Made by a program: the position numbers and the translations under genes
Notes under the pieces: generated by a model
The model's database searches: none
Seen by the model: only the letters and a program-made list of their open reading frames with translations
Told to the model about the DNA's origin: nothing
Part shown: positions 1 to 12,239 of the stretch, one piece after another
Position numbering within the stretch: the stretch's first letter is position 1
Layout: each line of letters starts with the position of its first letter
Assembly (NCBI RefSeq): GCF_006345805.1
Contig: NC_043004.1
Span: 107,198,001 to 107,262,000, forward strand
Reading direction: 5' to 3'
Length of the DNA: 64,000 nt
DNA from: Octopus sinensis
Lineage: Eukaryota

Positions 1-78
1 GATGATGTGTGTTAATAACAAAATAAACGAAAATCTCCCATCAAAATATGTTAATTTATGTTCCAAATACTCCCTGAA

Positions 79-296
79 CCCCTTAGCATTCAGATTATTC
101 AGTCAAATGTAATGCTTATTTATTCACATTGCTTTGAATCTATAGGGAATAATCTTGTAGTTTTGAGATTTCAATATGATTGTTTATTTTTAGAATGACA
201 ATGTAGGATAGATGTAAGAGGTTAGACCTGGCCAGTTTGAACAAAAAAAAAAACAGAATTTTTGAGCTGGATGTGGCCAGTTTGAATGCTAAAGGG
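79..296. mobile_element. piggyBac-type MITE with short TIRs
   Basis: Left end CCCCTTAGCATTCA matches the reverse complement of the right end TGAATGCTAAAGGG. Flanked by TTAA (297-300) and degenerate TGAA (75-78). Confidence 0.65.
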
Positions 297-361
297 TTAA
301 TAATGATAGTTATTGTTTTCCGTTATTTTCAAAATTTAACTAAAATAAAGCTTAAAAAAAA

Positions 362-722
362 AAGCACCATTCGAGTGTGATCATTACCAGCGTCACCTTA
401 CTGGCACTTGTGCCGGTGGCATGTGAACAAAACATTCAAGCAAGGTCGTTGCCAGTACCGCTGGACTGGCTCCTGTGCAGGTGGCACATAAAAAACACCA
501 TTTGAACTTGGCCGTTGCCAGTACCGCCTGGCTGGCCCTTGTGCCTGTGGAATGTAAAAGCACCCACTACACTCTCGTAGTTGTTGGCGTTAGGAAGGGC
601 AGCCAGCTGTAGAAACTCTGCCAGATCAGATTGGAGTCTGGTGCAGCCATCTCCACCAGTCCTCAGTCAAATTGCCCAACCCATGCTAGCATGGAAAGCA
701 GACGTTAAACGATGATGATGAA
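362..722 (+). repeat. RTE-LINE 3'UTR-derived dispersed repeat with (GAT)n tail
   Basis: Contains AAAAGCACCCACTACACTCTC...AGGAAGGGCA.CCAGCTGTAGAAAC...CCAACCCATGCTAGCATGGAAAG..GACGTTAAACGATGATG. The same sequence follows the RTE RT C-terminus at 52265-52985. Confidence 0.85.
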
Positions 723-1785
723 GAAGAAGAAAGCTAGTGTACATCAATAGAATTACAATTCAAATCTGAGGAAGATTTGGCTGGTATTTCTAGAGGGTTA
801 AGTGGTTTAATTTGAGAGTTGTGGGGTTAAGTCTAGTGCTTAGCTACAGATTCTTAGGACACAAATCAATTGCAGATAATATTACCAGATGATCTCATTC
901 TTATTTCTGATAATTAAGTGGACTGAGATAATAGAGAATATAACGTTCCACTCAGTACATTTAAACCTGTAACCAATGAGCTGGGAGTTCAATATCTCAT
1001 CCACACAATTTCTGTTTTTATATCAAACATAAGCAACTGACAAAGATACAAACATATTGCCAAGTTACTTGGTGACCTCACTAGTGCCTGTGTCATGAAA
1101 AAAAGCACCCAGCACACTCTGTAATGTGGTTGGTATTAGAAAGGGCATCTAGCCATAGAAACCAAGGTAAAGCCCACACTGGAGCTTAATGAAATACTGC
1201 AGCTCATAAATACCCTGTTAAAATGTCCAACCTATACCTGCAAGTAAAGCATGTATGATGATGATGATATATTTAGTCTTTCTGCTTCAGTAATTTTGAC
1301 ATTTTATAATTAATCAGTTAGATATTCAGGATGTCCCTCGTTCTTGTCCCTCCCTCTGAGAGTTAGTTTCATTTACCAGTTAGAAATATCAGTTATTTTT
1401 GATTAATGTCATTAAAAGGATATAAACATCACATTCTCTCATTGTTCCATCTGTATAAATCTACTTAAGTTAAGAAAAAAAATCATAACAGTTTTAAAGG
1501 TGAACATAATCTATGTGTTGCAAACCGCATGGAAAGTGGAAACAGAAGTTAGCATAGAGATCATCATCATTGTTTTAATGTCCCTTTTTCCATACTCACA
1601 TGATTGGAAAGAACTTGTTCAGACAAATTTCTTACAGCTGGATGCCTTTTCTGTCACCAACCTCTACCAGTTTCGTCATAACCAGACCTGTTTTCACAGA
1701 AGGCTGAAAATGCAGGACACTACTTGTATGACAGTGACACTCATTTACAACTATTATACAATGATAAATTAAGGAGACAATAAAA

Positions 1786-1965
1786 CACACACACACACAC
1801 ACACGTATATGGCAATCTTCTTTCCGTTTCCATCCACCAAATCCACTCACAAGGGCTCTGGTCAGCCTAAGGTATAGCAGGAGACACTTGCCCACAGAAC
1901 CACATAGTGGGACTGAACCTGAAACCATATGGTTGGCAAGCAATCTTCTTACCACACAACCACAC
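1786..1965 (-). mobile_element. tRNA-headed SINE, 5' half ending in internal (TG)n
   Basis: CCAAATCCACTCACAAGG...GACACTTGCCCA...GGGACTGAACC family motif, repeated many times in the window. Confidence 0.75.
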
Positions 1966-3318
1966 CGGTGCCAGTTCGTCAATAAAGACATCAGCTGAAG
2001 TATTTGTCAGACAACTGTGCTGTAGACAACCAGGTCATGTGACTGAACGATAAATGCAGGGCAAAAACAAAAACTTCCATGCACTGCCAGTGAAAAGTAA
2101 TCATTGCAGAGGTAGAAATGGGAAGAAGTAGCAAGGAGACATCTGATGAAGCTAGGACCCTCATGAGTGAGATGATGAAAGCCGTACAATTCATGTCAAT
2201 ATAGAAACATAAGAATTAAAATGCTGACGAGGAAATTCGTTTTTGCCAGCTACCTGTCTCTACTTGCATATCGACTTTTCTTATCCAGCTACCTGTCTCT
2301 ACTTTCATATGTATTTTCACCAAGATATAGACATCAGGTTTTCACACATCATCTTTTTCTGTAACCAGCTACCCGTTTACACTTAAGCAGTCATTTCATT
2401 TTTCCCCCTTTCCAAATTTCTAATATCTTGAACATTTTTTTTTTTTTAAATCTTATTTATTTAGCTGTATTGCCTGTGGCACAACAGAATAGTTTATGTG
2501 ATGCTGATTCTTAAAAGCTTTATCAGTAAGCAACTGAGCTACTTCAAAAAAATTGAAATGCACTATGCACTTCACACTCATCTCTCGTATCTGGTTTACA
2601 ACAAAACTATTGTGAAACGCTGCATACATTGAGCTATATTTGCAACATTTCAGCTATTTTCTTCCTGATATATTACGAAGAGTCAACTTGACATAAGGTT
2701 CATTATCATCATTGTCACAAGTTTAATGTACAAGTGTCTAGAAACATGTTTGGAGTCTCACAACACACAAGTTTACGTTGAAAAACATTCAATTCCAAAC
2801 GGCCTCATTTTTTAAAATACACTATTTTTTGCTTGTTTGTTTTATTTATACATATATATATTTATTTATTTATTTATTTATTGTGTATATAGGTATAGTG
2901 TACATGAATGGTTGAAAAGATTGGTGGTGATTTCTGAAAAAAGAAATCTGAAATTTCAAGACAGATATGTTCAATTTAGGTCTGGTTTTTTTGTAGCCAG
3001 TTCTATTTGCTTTTTGACTTAATCAACTTTTCATATATATTCTATACATCAATTTTTATTCAAATGGATCAACAATCTGCAGTATCGCCATGAATCATAT
3101 GAACTCAGTACTGATCGCCAGACTGTGTAGCATTAAAAAAACAGAGACACTACATAACAATCTCAAGAGAACACAATACCTGCTGCTCACAGCCATAGGA
3201 ACAAGTCATATGAAATTGATACCATGCTTATATACAATGAAATATCTCTAGCATGCAATATTTCACCAGCTCAGCTATTACACTACTTAACTAAATCTAA
3301 ATGTGTGTGTGTGTGTGT

Positions 3319-3790
3319 ATCATCATCATCGTTTAACGTCTGCTTTCCATGCTAGCATGGGTTGGACGATTTTGACTAAGGACTGGCGAACCAGATGGCT
3401 GTGCCAGGCTCCAATCTGATCTGGCAGAGTTTCTACAGCTGGATGCCCTTCCTAACGCCAACCACTCAGAGTGTAGTGGATGCTTTTACGTGCCAGTCTG
3501 GCAGAACTGGCAACGGCCACGCCCAAAATGGTGTTTTTTATGTGCCACCTGCACCAGAGTCAGTCCAGCGGCACTGGCAATGATCTCACACGAATGTTTT
3601 GTTCACGTGCCACCGGCACAAATGCCAGTAAGGCGATGCTGGCAACGATCACGCTCAAATGGCGATTTTTATGTGCCACCGGCACGGAAGCCAGATAGCT
3701 GTTCTGGCAGTGATCCCGCTTGGATGGAGCTGTTAGCGCTCCACTGGCACGGGTGCCAGTCATCGAATTTGGTTCAATTTCAATTTATTT
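3319..3790 (-). repeat. RTE 3'UTR-derived repeat with internal TTTTA(C/T)GTGCCACC repeats
   Basis: CATCATCATCGTTTAACGTC start on the + strand, conserved family body, four recurring GTGCCA units. Confidence 0.85.
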
Positions 3791-5051
3791 ATATATATAT
3801 CAATAGCTTCCACTTAATAATGCTACATCTGTAAACTAGCTAAGGAAAGAGTGTTTGTGTGTGGTCATTGACCTTGCTACATATGGAAGGCAAATCGCCC
3901 TCAAATCTCACTCTACCATCTTAAAAAGGGCACACATTAGATGAAGATCTGTCCAACCTATGACAAGCTAGGTAAGGAAAGAAAAAAAAAAAGATAAATA
4001 GAATCAATGATGATGATGATACCGCTAACAACACTTAATATGCCCAGTGAAATAATAATGAAAGGGTTTGAATTTTCAGAACCCTGCAAACACTATTCAA
4101 ACAGAAGCAAAGCAAATCAAAATATTTTTTGTCAAAAATTATTTTCAAACTTATTTACTAATTATTTGATTAACATCTACCTACATTCCAAAATGTTTTT
4201 AGTTCAAACAAGCAGATGTCTGACAATCTAAACATAATAGTAAGATACTTTTTTTTTCCACAGCTTCAAGAAGAGTTACCCTAATTTCAGTGTTATACTA
4301 ATATAAACTGTCAGCTAATAAATGCTGATACACCATGTCCCCCCCACATAAAATTGGGATGTGTGTGTGTATATATATAAACACTACCAACCAAGTATAT
4401 AGCTATGTTTGTATAAAGTTAAGTTCACACATCATCAATGACATAAGATACCAAATGCAAATAAACACAACCTTAACATTTTCTCTAAGCTGGTATGCCA
4501 CCAGAATCAGGTGCAAATAGATTTTAAGAACCAAATGGAATGTCACCTATCACCTAACCACACAAAATTTAAAACCCAACAAATTATTCAAGCAGGCATG
4601 GCTGTATGGTTAACAAGCTTGCCTTGCAACCACATAGTTTCAGGTTCAGTTCCACTGTGCAGCACCTTGGCCAATGTCTTCTACTTTCTCAGTGAATTTG
4701 GTAAACAGACACTGCGTGGAACTCTGTTGCATATGTAGTATATATATATATATATACACACACACATATACATACATCATTATCATCATCTAATGTCTAC
4801 TTTCCATGCTGGCATGGGTTGGATGGTTTAACTGAAAACTGGTAAGAGCTGCACTAGGTTCCAATCTGATTTGGCATGATTTCTATGGCTGGATGCCCTT
4901 CCTAATGCCAGCCACTCTGAGAGTGTAGTGGGTGCTTTTTACATAACACTGCATTTGTCATTGCCCCACTCCCCACTGTTCGACACTGCTGTTGGTTTGT
5001 TTACAGCTCTTAACTAAGCAGTCCAGCAAAAGAGACTGACCAAATAAGTAC

Positions 5052-5281
5052 CATTATTTACATTTGACGGATATTTGTCCTCCTCATCTTTTTTGTCAAC
5101 ACAACATTTCAGCTGATATACCCTCCAGCCTTCATCAGGTGTCTTGAAGAAATTACCTAAGGTATTTTTCGATGTTGTTGTTATTATTATTATTATTACT
5201 ATTATTCAGGTCATTGCCTGGAATCTAATTCGGAATCTTGATGTTAGTAGCCCACGCTCTTAACCACTATGCCATATTCCC
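5052..5281 (-). mobile_element. tRNA-headed SINE with Penelope-type hammerhead-like tail (left copy)
   Basis: Minus strand has A-box-like TGGCATAGTGGTTAAG, degenerate B box, an (AAT/AAC)n tract, then GACAC-CTGATGA-A-GGCTG..CAGCT-GAAA-TGTT-GTGTT. Confidence 0.7.
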
Positions 5282-5510
5282 ACGTACTGCTAACTCCAAG
5301 ATTCCAAGTTCGATTTCAGGCAGTGACCTGAATAATAGTAACAACAACAACAATAATAACATCAAAAAATACCTTAGGAATGAGAGCCCAGATTCAAAAT
5401 TTCCCCAAGACACCTAATGAAAGCTGGAGGGTATATCAGCTGAAACGCTGTGTTAACAAGAAACAAAATGAGGACAAATATCCGTCAAATGTAAATAATA
5501 TAAATAATGT
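5282..5510 (+). mobile_element. Same SINE family, 5'-truncated right copy, inverted relative to the left copy
   Basis: B-box-like AAGTTCGATTTC, (AAC)n tract, GACAC-CTAATGA-A-AGCTG..CAGCT-GAAA-CGCT-GTGTT, shared tail GAGGACAAATATCCGTCAAATGTAAATAAT. Confidence 0.7.
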
Positions 5511-7012
5511 ACATAATTCTTCATCTCTTAAATATAGAACAGAATAAGTACCAGTCTTGAAAAAAAAGTAATGCTGGAGTATATTTGTTCAACCAAAACC
5601 CATCAAAGTGTAGCCCCAGCATGACCACTGCCCAATGACTAAAAAAGACAAAATGACTGAGAAATATAACACACTTTCTGTTTTTTCTCCTACCAAAAAC
5701 CGTTAAGAAAAAAAAAAAGGACATTTTCAACAAGAATCACTCTAAACCTCTGTAGCTCTGTGTCATAATCCTTAGCTAAATTTATTTCTTACCAATTTTG
5801 CACAAATCTTCTTTCTCTTCCCTTATGTAACATCGATAGCTTCACATCATCAGTTGTTTAGAATTTTAAACACTGCCACTGAAAGGTCAGGTGAATGAAT
5901 TTTGTGTACAAGTAGAACTCCACCTTTCTCAGCAAAATCATAGTATAGAGGGTAGCTTGTGGTTTTCAAAGATGTAAAGAGAAAAAATACCATCAAATGA
6001 TTTAACTCTAACGACTTACTGGTACTGAGAAAAAGCTAAATGCTGTAATGCCTTTAGTTTTCAGACAATTTAGTTTCCGCGTCACCATTAGTTGTTTGTT
6101 AGGAAGGACATCCAGCCACAGAAACCATGCCAAACCAGTCACTGGATTGTCAAACCATCCAACTCATACCAGCATGGAAAATTGACAGAGGAGGAGAAGG
6201 ATAACGATTGTCTCACAAGCCCATGAGGGAACCCATATATGGTCAGTTGACCTACTAGGAGTAGCAGCCAAATACCCTCAAACTGAAAAGAAACACATTG
6301 GATGGTGTGTAGTCTCAGGTACAAAATACCCAGAATAAGAACAGAGCGCTCATGAATGGAACACTTTTGATGACAAGTTTGTCTAATCAAGGCTAGGCCG
6401 ACTTGGGCTAACAACAACCACAATTATTGTCTCACTCATCTCAAAAAGAGAACTAAATGATCGGGATTCAAGCATAAAGCCTTTATTTGATAGTAAAAGC
6501 GAAATAGAAAGTTCATATCTGCCACCCATCCAACAACATTATTAGTATATTACAGGTACCATTAGTATAGTAGTTGTCTATTTTGTCACTCTTCAATTTG
6601 AGATCTAATACAATTCATTTAGTAAAGTATATGAACTGACCATCCAAATGATACAGGGCTGATTCTTTCTCTTTCTCCAAAAAGCCAGCAAATTGTCTCA
6701 ACACAAATAGGAACTGCTCCAAAAGCACAATAATCACAAATAGCAAATTAACTGCAACTGCATTTAATAGAATATATTTAGTGATTACTGCAGACTAATT
6801 ACAAAAATGAAAGTTATAAATAGATGCATATATCAGACACATGCAGACACAGAGATGTGGAAGATGACTCAATCACAAAGTGACCTTCATCATAAATGTG
6901 AGTGGGCAGCGATTTCATCATTCTTAAGGTAACTATAATTAGATCTTAGCTTAGGTGGAGTTACTTAACTAAACCCTAAAGAAGGACAAAACATTGCTAT
7001 TTTGTTGGTGCA

Positions 7013-7016
<4 letters not shown>

Positions 7017-7058
<42 letters not shown>
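7017..7058. repeat. (CA)n microsatellite
   Basis: Direct reading. Confidence 0.95.
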
Positions 7059-7062
<4 letters not shown>

Positions 7063-7776
7063 GACCAATACCCTCATCTGTTCTAATATAGACCATCAAA
7101 GCACTAACTGAAAGATACTTAACTAGAAAGCAATGCAAAGATACAAATTTAGATTCAGTTACTGTAAACATTTAGTCTTCATATAAAGTAATTTTAGAGT
7201 AAAAAAAATACAAATTTAAGAGAGAGGGAGTGGAAAAAAAAGTGAAGGATATATAGAAAAAGTATGTTACAAGTAATCAAAGGACCATGCTTTCAATACT
7301 TATTGGAATCTATTATGTTCAACACATGTATAATTATTTCATTTGAATTCCGATTGGTATAGGGGAGAGAGAGAGAGAGAGAGAGAGTTCTGTATCAAAG
7401 CTTGTCAAAACAAATTATGACAGTAATCAAAATCACTTTTCTAATGATGCTGACCTCATAATCTCCCTAACTTGAATTTTTAGTTCAAATATTTCTTTCA
7501 GTGTAAGACAAGGTGTTCTTTAATGTCAGGTTTGCCCTGATTCAACATATCTATTATCAAAGATATTCAGCTATGACCATCCACTTTTTATTTTCTTTCA
7601 GATAGTGCATCATCATCATTATCCATTCAACATCCATTTTCCATGCTGGCACAGGTTAGATGGCTTGACAGTTGCTGGCATGGCCAGGGTCCACAGGGTT
7701 CCATAGTCTGTTTTGGCTTGGTTTCTACAGCTGGATGCCCTTCCTAATGCCAGCCACTTTACAGAGTGTACTGGGT

Positions 7777-7956
7777 GCTTTTTATGTGGAACCAGTACCA
7801 GAGCTTTTCATGTGGAACCAGCACCGGGGCCTTTTACGTGGCACCAGCACCAAAGCCTTTTATGTGACACCAGCACCAGAGCCCTTTACGAGACCCCAAC
7901 ACCAGAGCCTTTTATGTGGCACAAGCACCAGTGCTTTTTACATGGTACTAGCACCC
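7777..7956. repeat. ~25-bp minisatellite, about 7 units, inside an RTE-UTR repeat
   Basis: Units of the form GC(C)TTTTA(C/T)GTGG(A/C)ACCAGCACCAGA in tandem. Confidence 0.85.
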
Positions 7957-9093
7957 TAGAAGAATACTAACTAAATGCAGTGGTTATCAATTGTCTGAAG
8001 CTCAACACTTTCTTTAACAAAAAAAAAAAAAAAAAAAAAGGTAGATTATTTGAATCAAACAGAAGCTCATTTTTGAACAATGGCTTGTCACCCGAGACAA
8101 TGAACACACCCTCTCTGTACTTTTACACACACACACCTACTCTTAGTCACCCATTTCAAGCCTTTCTACTGTTTTCATCCCTTCTCCTATCCCACCTCTT
8201 AGGTCAAATTCTATATTACAAGTACTGTTGACATGCCTCTCACCCTTGTGCTGGTGCCATGATAAAAACCACACTACCTCTACAGTAACTGGTGGGTGAG
8301 GTAACCTCTCTAGGGTTGGTGCCAAAAAAAATATATCCAGTACATACAGTAAAGTGGTTGGCAAAGGAGTTGAGAAAGCATAGGATTGGTTGTGAAGTAG
8401 CTTTAGTTGTGTCTGGCCAATGACTATTCAACCACTTTAGAGTTAGTGATACAAGAAAATGTATCCAGTACACTCTGTAAAGTGTTAAGGAACAGTATCA
8501 GCATCCAGCCATAGAAACCAAACCAAATGACATGTGTAAGCACCAATCTAAGGATGCGGGGGTCTCCCAATAAGAAACGATACAGATATATGACTCGTCC
8601 AACCAATGCCAGCATAGAAAGCAGATACGAAAATGGGGACGATGAGCCTCCTTCTAAACCTCTGCATGCATTACTGCAATTACTATTTTAAATGTTTATG
8701 GAATTTACTAAAGAAGGCAAAGGACTTATAAAATAAAATTATATTCGACCTTGGCACATCTTACATCAGTCATGTTTCTGCTCGTTGATAATACAATGAG
8801 TCTATTCATATTCTGACAAGGAAGTTTTTGAAAAAGTGTTTTATATGTGTGTGTGTGTGTGTGTGTGTGTAGTTCAATAGTCCTTAGCAAAACAGGATTA
8901 GAGCTACCTCACAACTGTGTGTTTGTTTGCATGTGTGTACATGTATGTATATATATACAAATATATATGTATGTATGTATGCATATCTTCAGCACCCTTG
9001 GTCACAATTAGTGATGATAAAATTTTTCTTTTATGGTATTATATTGTGCCCAGCTGTATATATTAATTTTTAATCTATGTGTGTGTGTGTTTG

Positions 9094-10055
9094 TCATCAT
9101 CATCATTTAACGTCCATTGTCCATGCTGGCATGGGTTGGATGGCTTGACCAAGGTTGGCAAGCTGGAAGGCTGCATCAGACTCAGTTTGATTTGGCAAGG
9201 TTTCTACGGCTGGATGCCCTACCTAATGCCAACTACTCCAAGAGTGCAATGGGTGCTTTTACGTGCTACCGGCATGGGTGCCATTTGCACGACACCGGTA
9301 TCTGCTGTGACTGCAATTTTATTTAAGTTGACAGGCCTCCTTCCCAAGCATGACATAATGCCAAAGGTCTCGGTCATTGCCTTGAAAGGATCTCAGCCAC
9401 TTTGCCTCTGTGAGGCCCAACACTCGAAAGGTGCTTTTTACATGCCACCAGCACAGGTGCCAGCTATGTGACACCAGCATCAGCCATGACTAACAGTTTC
9501 TCATGCACAGCCTATCACTAAAGGTCTTGGCCACTAGTCATTGCTTCTGTGAGGCCCAAAGTTCAAAGATCATGCTTCAACACCTTGTCTCATGTCTTTC
9601 TGGGTCTACCTCCACCACAGTTAGAGATCAGCACTTCTTTACACAGCTGTCCTCATCCATATGCATCACATGACCATACCAGCGCAGTTATCTCTCTTGC
9701 ACACCACATCCGATGCCACTTATGCGTGACTTTTTTCACAAGATACTTACACCGTCGAACATGCAGTGACATTGCACATCCAGTGAAGCATACTGGATTC
9801 ATTTCTTTCAAGCCTACGCATGTCCTCAGCTGTCACAGTCCATGTTTCACTGCCATGTGGCATAGCTGTTTGCACACAGACATCATACAATCTGCCTTTC
9901 ACTCTGAGAGAGAGGTTCTTTGTTGCCAGCAGTGGTAGGAGCTCTCTGAACTTTGCCCAGCCTAATCTTATTCTCACAGCTACGCTCTCAGAGCAGCCAC
10001 CTCTGCTAACTTGATCACCTACATAATGGAAGCTATCTGCTGCCACTGGCAGTCT
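9094..10055 (-). mobile_element. RTE non-LTR retrotransposon 3' end (RT C-terminus plus 3'UTR)
   Basis: ORF 9747-10046 reads DSFHYVGDQ..RIRLGWAKFRELLPLL..KGRLYDVCVQTAMPHGSETW..MRRLERNE, typical of RTE. It is followed by the family 3'UTR and (GAT)n tail. Confidence 0.9.
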
Positions 10056-10298
10056 ATTTTCTGTACGTTTTCAGAGTTTGTTATGAATATGTATGTGCAT
10101 GTGTGTATGTATCAGAGTGGTTAGTGCTAGGAAGGGCATCCAACCATAGAAACCATGCCAAGTCAGACTGGAGTCTAGTGCAGCCCCTCAGCTTACCAGC
10201 CCTGGCCAAACCATCCAATCCATGCCAGCATGGACCACAGATGTTAAATGATGATGATGATGATATGAATATGCATATATATGTGAGTGAGTGTGTGT

Positions 10299-10336
<38 letters not shown>

Positions 10337-10621
10337 ATTCACACTTAGTTTAAATTTTGTGTCTAAGAAAAATCATGATCCTTCTAAATATCAGCGCCTC
10401 CCTGACACTTGCCATCCTTTTGTGAGCAAGCAACAAACCTAAGGAGGTATTATTGTCTAAGTTCAGAACCATTGAGCTAATGTCTTTTTTTAAAACACAC
10501 ATGAGGGTGGTTTGGCTGCTAACTTTAGTAAGTGGAGTGACCATGTTGAGTAGCAATTTTCAACTCTTACAGAATCATGACACACTGTTTAAGAAACTAA
10601 ACTGCAATAACATATCATTAG

Positions 10622-11020
10622 TTTTTCAAAATATTTTTTAGGCATAGCTGTGTGGTTAAGAAGTTTGCTTTGCAACCACATGGTTTCAGGTTCATTTCCA
10701 CTGCATGGCACCTTGAGCAAGTGTTTTCACTATAGATACAGGCCAACGAATGCCTTGTGAGTGGATCTTGTAGACAAAAACTGCATGGAAACCAGCCCCG
10801 CACATGCACATGTGTGTGTGTATGCATATGTGTGCATGACCACTGCTTGACAACTAGCATTGGTTGGTTTGTTTACATTCCTGTGATTTAGCAGTTTCGG
10901 CAAGCAATACCAAGAGAATAAGTACCAGACTTTAAAAAAACAAGTACTGGTATTGATTTGCTTGACTAAACCCTTCAAGGCAGTGCTCCACCATGGCCAG
11001 AGTCAACTAAAACAAAAGAT
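10622..11020 (+). mobile_element. tRNA-headed SINE with internal (TG)n tract, near full length
   Basis: GCATAGCTGTGTGGTTAAGAAGTTTGC head, GGTTCA B box, microsatellite, AATAAGTACC...GTGCTCCA.CATGGCC tail. Confidence 0.8.
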
Positions 11021-12239
11021 AAAAAAAAAGAAGTAATAAAATTACTTTCAAAACAAAAGTGAACAAAGCATTTCCCTTTACCTCCAAGGAATATCCAGAC
11101 ACCAGTGAATGAATTCTGATTGCACTCAAATTGTGCCCAAAATACAAAGATGAACCTGCAAAACTGCAAAGATTTTCTAACAGTACTTGTGTAGGTACAG
11201 TGCAGTGTATTCTAATCTCTGAATCAAAACTACAATAACTAAAATTCTACAAACTGAGTTACCATTTTTGGCTCCATAAAAAATGTATTACTATTTATAT
11301 ATTCATCATATCCATCACCAATTTAGCACCTACTTTTCCATGCTCTCATGGGACAGGTGGAGTTCACTGAGGCAGATTTTCTATTGCTGGATGCCCTTTC
11401 TGTCACTAACCCCTACCTGTCTCCACATAAAATTATATTTCTCCAAGGCTAGACATCATCATCATCATTGTTTAACGTCCATTTTCCATGCTAGCATGGG
11501 TTGGACGGTTCGACAAGGGTCTGGCAAGCCTGGAGGCTGCACCAGGCCCCAGTCTGATCTGGCAGTGTTTCTACAGCTGGATGCCCTTCCTAATCCCAAC
11601 CACTCCGTGAGTGTAGTGGGTGCTTTTTATGTGCCACCAGCACAGGTGCCAGAGGAGGCTGGCAATGGCCATGATCGGTTGGTGCTTTTTACATGCTACT
11701 GGCACGGAAGCCAGCCAAGGCGGTGCTGGCATCAGCCACGTTCAGATGGTGCTTTTTACATGCCACAGCACAGGTATCACAACTAAAATTTCCATTTGAT
11801 TTTTATTTTGATGTACTTGACTCAATAGGTCTCCTCAAGCACAGCAGGTTGCCCCACGATCCAAGGTACTTTGAATGAGCTGGGGCTGGTTATGTGAAGC
11901 TGCTGTAGGATACAGCCAACAAACAATACAGCTTGTAAGACAATGATGCTGGTTTATAATTATCACATGGACATGGGGACACACACCCCAATAGTTTTCT
12001 AGAAGATACTTGCCCAAGGTACCATGCAGTGTGACCAAACCTAAAGACACATGGCTGGGAAGTGAACTCCTCAGCCAGCAACAGCCATATATTAATGTTT
12101 TCTATTTACACTAACTGTAAAGCCAGAACAGAAATATATTTAAAATATACATATGAATAAAAAGTCTTTATAATATTGTAATGATAATATTTTATAATTA
12201 GGAGAAAACTTGTGATTGTTAACATTTCATGATATCTCC

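Noticed and set aside
3490-3760. Repeat-spacer-like array (TTTTATGTGCCACC units with variable spacers), superficially CRISPR-like
   Set aside because: Eukaryotic context, no cas genes, degenerate units, and the array is the internal part of the RTE 3'UTR repeat found throughout the window.
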